The notes under the pieces were generated by a model. The model saw only the letters and a list, made by a program, of their open reading frames with translations. It had not been told where the DNA came from and did no database searches. From Paraspadella gotoi (Eukaryota; Animalia; Chaetognatha), in contig JBJCIZ010000852.1 of NCBI GenBank assembly GCA_051294375.1, forward strand, positions 1 to 17,347: 17,347 nucleotides of DNA, written 5' to 3'. How positions within the stretch are numbered: the stretch's first letter is position 1; the number at the start of each line of letters is the position of its first letter. Position numbers and translations under genes: made by a program. Of this stretch, positions 10,962-17,347 are shown one piece after another.

Positions 10962-11103
10962 AAAAATGAGAAAAAGGGACGGGAAAGAGAGTGGGAAAGA
11001 AAAGATGAAATAAAAAAAAAAAAGAACAAATAGGCAAAAAGATAATTAAAAGGAGAGAAAAGGAAAAAAAGAAAGATAAGAAAGAAAAGAAGAGGAAGAA
11101 GAA
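10962..11103. repeat. A/G-rich low-complexity tract
   Basis: Almost pyrimidine-free aaaag/gaaaa sequence. Confidence 0.8.
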
Positions 11104-11136
11104 CCAACAAGAATCACAGCATCACTGTTGTTCGTA

Positions 11137-11500
11137 AAATAGAATGGGGAGTAACTTGATTAAAAATTTTCGAGAGTGGTTATTGGCGACTTTATTTAGC
11201 TAAAGTTTTAAAAATTGATATTAAGTGGGAATAAGATGGGCGGTATTGTGTCATTAGGAAGAGGAATATTGGTTGGCAAAATTGAAATGGGAGTTAAGCA
11301 GCGTTTCCGAGAAAACTAGTTTTAATTGGTGGCGTATTTAGGTAGGATTGAAGGGATGGTCAAATAGAGATGGAGGGTAACTTGATTAAAAATGTTAGAG
11401 CATTTGTTATTGGACTGTTATTTAGCTAAAGTTTTTAAAATTTATTAGCTAAAGTTTTTAAATATTGGATATTAAGATGAATAAGATAAGGGTATTGGTG
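11137..11500. repeat. Diverged direct repeat: copy A 11137-11250, copy B 11362-11500
   Basis: The blocks aaataga, gtaacttgattaaaaat, gttattgg, ttatttagctaaagtttt, gatattaag, gaataagat and ggtattg occur in the same order in both copies. Confidence 0.9.
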
Positions 11501-12150
11501 TATGTGTATTTTTTGTATTGTAGTCACTATCTCATTTAAAAAAACTAATAAATAAAAAAATAAATACAATTAAAATAAAATTAAAAAAAAACCGGCCATT
11601 TTATGCTCCTATATGTTTTGACTTATGTTTATTGTGTCATTGTCATTGTCATGTCATTGTCGTTAAAAAAAAAAAAGAAAAATATTAAATTATTTAATAG
11701 ACATCAGTCTTTTACACTAATAAACATAATAAATAATTAAATAATTAAATGCCTTTGCACCAACATGACTTTAAACTAACTTAAAACTTAAACATTATCT
11801 TAAAATTAAAAAATTAACCTTAACCTTAATTTAAACGTTTAACCTTGATGTCCATGCGTATTGTGGTAATGTCAAGTCATGTTTAACCTTTAGTCATTAC
11901 ATCATAATGTTCATTTTACGTCATATATACGTCCATTTAGAAATGGTACAACCATTGATGTCATTTTCATTTAAAAAAAAAGCTTACGTCATTTACGTCA
12001 TTTTTATCATGTTTGGTCCGTTAATTCATTACGTCATTGTTGTTATGTCGTTGTATGTCGTTATATTCATTTTGGGTTATAGTCATAAGGTCATTGTCTT
12101 TTATGTAAACTTTACGTCTTTATGTAACCTCTGTTTTTATTATTTTAAAT

Positions 12151-12172
12151 AAAAAAAAAAAAAAAAAAAAAA
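12151..12172. repeat. Poly-A (A22)
   Basis: Homopolymer preceded by aaat, which gives an overlapping AATAAA. Confidence 0.95.
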
Positions 12173-12478
12173 TGAACCGTAAATAAAAAATTCTTTGTTT
12201 TTTATGAGGTTATCGTTCCAACTTCCCCTCTCTCTCTCTTTCCCTCCCGGACGCGCGTCCTCCCTTATTTTCTTCATTTCTCTTATTTTCTTCCTTTTTT
12301 TTCGTTTCCGTCTTTGGAAACTTATTGGTTTTGTTGCAGCGAGGACCGACGAGGAAAGTTCAGACAAAAGGGAAAACGATGTTTTTTTTAAAAAACTTTT
12401 TCCGTCACGATTCTGTCCACCCCAAGTTCTGGATCCTCTTTGTAAAGTTGCTGATTTTTAGAGCCAAAATTGTGATTT

Positions 12479-12592
12479 AGAGAGAGAAGAGAGAAGAGAG
12501 AGAGAGTGAGAGAAGAGAGAGAGAGAAGAGAGAAGAGAGATGAAGAGAAGACGAGAGAGAGAGAAAGAAAGAGGAAAAGAGAGTGAGAGAAA
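12479..12592. repeat. Imperfect (GA)n/(GAGAA)n tract
   Basis: agagagaagagagaagagag array. Confidence 0.9.
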
Positions 12593-13286
12593 GGCATACA
12601 AGGGGGTATCAACGAAAACTGGTCAACAAACACCTACGGACGATAACAACTTCCGACCGTGATAATTAGCAGCGGGGGAGATGACTTTAGACGACGACGA
12701 CGACGACACGTACGACAAAAAGAGCAACGTCGAAGACGATTTTTAGTTTTTTCGATAAACATTAAAGACGAAAAAATAATTTTTTGTTAATTTGAGACGA
12801 AAAACATTACACCAGATTCTGTCCTGTTATCCGACTCCACAGGACAGATGACTCGGAATTTCTTCCTCAGGATGCGAGTGATGGCGAAAAATGGCCAGAA
12901 AGGATATGGCAAATAAGGAAAAGGTGGCAGAAATGGCAGAGTGAAAAATGAGGATCAATTCGTCAAATTGACGTTTGAATGACGAGCGCATTCTTCATCG
13001 AGGCTTTCGACGCCCGAAAGGAAGGCATCTAACGCTTGAGGGATAATTAGCTTTTGAAAGCTTTAATTAACAGTAGAGTAACGATAACAAAAGAAAAACC
13101 ACTCTTCGCTTGGTGGTTGATAAAAAAAAGAGTAAAATGTAGACCAAAGTTGGAAGATAAAAAGCAGACGACAGCAGATAAATGGTGACCAAGGGAAAAA
13201 GCCTAATAAAAAAAGATTACAGAATTTAGATTCACAGTAAGAATCCGATATTACGATAGTGAATGGCGTTTGAGCAGGCAGTCAGG

Positions 13287-13340
13287 GACGACGACGACGA
13301 CGACGACGACGACGAACGAGACGACGACGACCGACGACCG
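13287..13340. repeat. Imperfect (GAC)n
   Basis: Perfect gac run followed by an interrupted tail. Confidence 0.9.
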
Positions 13341-14037
13341 ATTCACCCCGGGAATCCTGGAAGCGGAACCTGGCCAGACTCGGCGGAAAGTCGTTGAGGT
13401 CAAGATATCTCATTTGCATACTGAAGTCGGCAAGATTCAACACATTTTTTTTTATTTGAAACAGGTATCTCGTGGGAAAAACGAGATTAGGTTTAATTAA
13501 AATGATCGGAAAATTAAGAATAGAAAAGTAACATAAACCAAATAAAAATCGAAAAGGTTAAACCCAAACAATAAAAAAAAAAAAAACAAAAAACAAAATG
13601 GGGAGGACGTGACGATAAGCGGTACATAACGAGGATCAGATTTCTGTCCGCTTCGATGTCGAAAAAACAAAAGACGATTCGATTGAAAAGATTTCGTCGA
13701 TATGCGTTTTATTTCCTCGATTTCCTCGGATCATCTTCCATTTTTCGGGTGTTTATTACTAAAGATGAGAAAATAAAACTCTGCTTTCCAAACAAGAAAG
13801 AATTTTAAGCGTTTGGGATCCACGAAGAGAAGGAAAGGAGCTCTCAGTTGCAACGCGACCTTTCTCAAGCGAAGATTTTTATTTTTATTTTTCAAGGACA
13901 AATTTCCGTCGTTGCGCATGATAGCCGTTACCCTACTAACCTTATTGGAACGAGCAATCGACTAGTTAAAAGAATATGCAAATGACCAGAAGGTTTAAGA
14001 TTCTTGATTCAACGATTCGAACACTGCCGCTGATTAT

Positions 14038-14093
14038 GACGACGACGACGACGACGACGACCCGACACGAACGACGACGACCGACGACGACGA
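14038..14093. repeat. Imperfect (GAC)n
   Basis: gac run with gacccgac, gaacgac and gaccgac interruptions. Confidence 0.9.
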
Positions 14094-15741
14094 TGAAGAC
14101 GATGATTCATTTAATTGATTTCCGAAATCTTTAGTCAAAAGAAGATTCCAGATTTTTTCTGCGGTTTTGTTCTGCATGATTCGCGCGAAGCACGAGCGAT
14201 GCAAAGACAGGGAAAATGCAAAGAAAATTCACGAAGCAAAATGCAAAGAGATCTTGAAAAGCATGCTAAGCAGGACAGGAAAATATGAGTTAACATGGGC
14301 GTCAAACAAAAACGGAACATGCTAATAAAGATAAACAAAATTGACACAAAATGACATATTTGAAAAAAAAAGTCAAAGATAAACTTTTCGGTAAATTTCA
14401 ACAGAAGACATAATATGAAAAAACGACCTCAGTCTTTTTCCACAATAGTTGAAACGAAAATATATTGTTAATTTGATTTTCTCTTTGCCAAAAGGAAATA
14501 TTTGTCAGTTCGTATTTTCGTTGTCGGATCACAAATCTAAAGAATTCGATTTTTTTTTGTTTCTTAAAAACCGAAAAAACGGAAAAAAAAAGTGTTTTTT
14601 TTTCTTTTTCTCTCTTTCGGATTCTTCGAATTTTTCCGAGACTCATTTTAAGTCTGGAATCATTACCTTTCCACAGAAGCGGGTAATGACGAGGTGTGAG
14701 GAGAAGGTTGAGGCGACGACGACGACGACGATTCAACGGAAGGTAAGGCGACGGACGGCGACGACGACGAAATCGACGGTGAAACTAAACGGGTAAAGTG
14801 TGGACCGAGCGAGAAAAAATATCCCCCCTTTCCCCAAAAGGAGAAAATGGAATATCGATTTCTACTGTGAAAACTTGAAGGCCTTAGGGGGGGGGAGCCT
14901 GTTTCTTTAAATTAGTATTTTTGTTTATCGGTTGTTATGTTTCAACTTTTGTTATTCTTTTTTGTGATTAGAATTTGATCAAAGGTTTCTTTCGCTCCCT
15001 GGGATTTCCAGGAAAGTATATACCAGACGATTTTCAGTTTGGTTGGGACTTTTTAAAAAAAATTATTTTCCGGTTTGAAGATTAAAGATTGTTTCTTTTT
15101 TTTTAATATTGTAATTTTTTCCCTTTTCACGGATATAAAGCCGGATTCGATTGCTTCTATAAAAAAAAGACTAATTGAAAGCTTTTAAGAAAAAAAATAT
15201 TTAAAGATAACGTGTATAACTTTATATTTGGAGTTAAAACGTAGTTTCGCCTTCCGTATTTTTAAACGAAATATAGAAAAATAAACAGAAGAAAATCGGT
15301 TTTCCTGTCGAAGTGTGGCTTCACTCTCCGAAAGAGATGATGAACATTTGCGCCGTTGTGTTCGGTTGCCTCAAATCATCGTCGTCGTTTCATGGTCGCC
15401 GTCTCGTACGTCCGATCGTCGTCGTCGTTCCTTCTCTTGCGTCCTCCGTTCTCGTCCGTCGTCTCCGACAAATAAGAATCGCGTGCCCGAATCGAACCCT
15501 CCGACGCAATGCGTAACCGACGCTGCAAAATATTAAGCAGCAATACGAACGATCGTTTTCTTTAAAAATAGATGATCGAAAAAATTGGGTCCAATCGGAC
15601 ACGATCCGCTCGCAATCGCAAAACTGACTCGCTGCTGGACGGTCAGCCGACGCGGTGTTTTTTCTAAGAAATAGACTTCCGGCGGAAGAGAAGAATGAGA
15701 AAGAAGGACTTGTAAAGATAAAACTAGGATTAAGAGATTGA

Positions 15742-15822
15742 ACGATGGAAGATCGATGATGTTTGTCAAGATGGAAGTTAGATGATGTTAGCAAGATGGA
15801 GTTCACGATGTTGAAGATGAGG
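15742..15822. repeat. Degenerate minisatellite of about 25 bp, about 3.3 copies
   Basis: acgatggaagatcgatgatgtttgtc / aagatggaagttagatgatgttagc / aagatggagttcacgatgttg / aagatgagg. Confidence 0.75.
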
Positions 15823-16279
15823 ATCTATTTTGTATCAGTATGAAGAATGAGACTAAATAGATGGAGAGAGAACTAAAAAGTTCTAATCTAAAAATTAGAA
15901 TAAAAAACGTAAATTTAAAAAAAAATAGAGGATGAGGCTATTTTATAGAAAAGAATTAATACACAGTTGATGAGAAAGAAGATGAAGGAAAAGTCAGAGA
16001 TGAGATTCGAGGAGAAGAATAATAAAAAGAGTCGCTGAGGATCATCACGCGCAGGAAAGGGAAGAAGAGGAGGAGGAGGAGGAGAAAGAGGAGGATACGG
16101 TCCACGGAAGGAACGGAACGGGACGGGAACTCGGGGGCACAAGCTGGGAGTAAGGTTCTCGCCCGCGACGAGGACAAGGTGAGGTGAGGGGAAAAGGAGA
16201 GATGCTAGGTAAGGACAAGGGGTTGGGTAGGTGAGGAAGGAGGGACGAGCGAAAGTAAGGCAAGGATGACACGGAAGAT

Positions 16280-16300
16280 GACGACGACGACGACGACGAC
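16280..16300. repeat. (GAC)7
   Basis: Read directly. Shorter GAC runs also occur at 12690-12707 and 14715-14729. Confidence 0.9.
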
Positions 16301-16387
16301 GAGACAATATGAGGATCCGGCGAAAAAAAAAATGGCTGATGTTTGATGGCGACGCAAAAACTGGTCGAGGCGGAGAAATATTGGGGA

Positions 16388-16459
16388 AGAGAGAGAGAGA
16401 GAGAGAGAGAGAGGAGAAGAGAGAGAGAGAGAGAAGGAGAGAGAGAGAGAGAGAGAGAG

Positions 16460-16490
<31 letters not shown>
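16388..16490. repeat. Imperfect (GA)n tract ending a purine-rich region that starts near 15970
   Basis: Long gagaga runs with gg/aa interruptions. Confidence 0.92.
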
Positions 16491-17162
16491 CATAAAATCT
16501 TTTCTACCAGTGCATGCCATAGGTTATGGAAGAGAACGCTGCGCCTGACGCAAATGCAAGATAAGAACAAAACATTTGAAGAAGAGATCAAGTATGAGCA
16601 AATAAGATTAGCATGCAGCGTATCAGTAAAAACGTTATTCGCTTTGCCAATGTTCGAATATATTCACTTCTTGCCATTACAGTGTTTATGTCCAAAAAAG
16701 TTGTACCATTTGTCTGTAATTTCGTTTGTATCTTATCTATTAGTGTGATTGCGATTTTCTTAGAATGATTTGGAAAATTAGTAAATTGAAAAATATAGAA
16801 AAATTTCGAGAAGACATTCTATCTTGAAGAAAGACTTCATACGTATAACCGGGATATCGGGAGTCATATTGTTTTGAAACCAGTGGTGTCTCTTAATTTA
16901 ATTCATTGAGGCCTGTATTGCCAAATTTCGGTTAATATATTCGAAACTTCAATAGGATAACAATTACTCAAAATTCTTAAATTCTTTTGAGCCAAATGCT
17001 GTCATCGTTAAAAAACAAAAGAAGAGAAAAAGATTTGCGTTTCCCGCCTTTCGGCATCAACGACGCTGACAAAAAAAATAATGAAAAAAAGAGAAAAAAA
17101 AAGAGAAAAAAAGAGAGAAAAAAAACAGATTAATCGTTTAGTCGTTTTTATTTCAGCGGCCT

Positions 17163-17245
17163 GTCGCCGCCGCCGTCGCCTTTCGCCGCCGCCACCATTT
17201 AGCCTCCGCATGTCACCATCGCCCCACAAACCGCCCGCCACCGCC
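17163..17245. repeat. Degenerate (GCC)n GC-rich patch
   Basis: gtcgccgccgccgtcgcc, cgccgccgccacc and ccgcccgccaccgcc. Confidence 0.7.
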
Positions 17246-17318
17246 AAGACCCTGGACTTCCCCAGTCTCTCATCATGCCTCGCTCTCCACCATCCCCAGT
17301 ACACCTTGACGCCGTCCT

Positions 17319-17341
17319 TTACCTCCTTACCTCCTTACCTC
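17319..17341. repeat. (TTACCTCC) x about 3 at the window edge
   Basis: ttacctccttacctccttacctc. Confidence 0.75.
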
Positions 17342-17347
17342 ATTAAC

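Noticed and set aside
11137-11500. CRISPR array or paired LTRs
   Set aside because: The copies are long, diverged and few. There are no regular spacers, cas genes, TG..CA ends, primer-binding site or internal coding region.
14998-15012. kB-like GGGATTTCC within a cctgg/ccagg stem
   Set aside because: A single short motif, consistent with chance.
17187-17199. Kozak-like gccgccacc
   Set aside because: It is followed by ATT rather than ATG and is part of a GCC repeat.

Overview
The window looks like non-coding eukaryotic DNA (intergenic or a large intron). I can support no protein-coding gene, rRNA, tRNA, CRISPR array or intact transposon. Many ORFs in the track translate simple repeats (SLSL, ERER, TTTT, RRRR, FFSF), and none has a domain I recognise. 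The sequence is dominated by microsatellites and low-complexity tracts: (GA)n/(CT)n, (GAAAA)n/(CTTTT)n, (GAC)n/(GTC)n, (GAT)n and poly-A/T. These alternate with very AT-rich blocks and CpG-rich patches. CpG appears undepleted, which suggests a lightly methylated genome such as an insect or fungus (inference only). Structure beyond simple repeats includes a diverged duplication of ~115-140 bp at 11137-11500, short minisatellites and several palindromes or hairpins. There are also three extended octamer (POU-type) motifs, four clustered TTACGTCA (bZIP-type) motifs, two clusters of 5' splice-site-like motifs and one faint possible retrotransposon gag relic. I found no convincing novel biological system. 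The findings are modest leads, and noisy or artificial sequence cannot be excluded.
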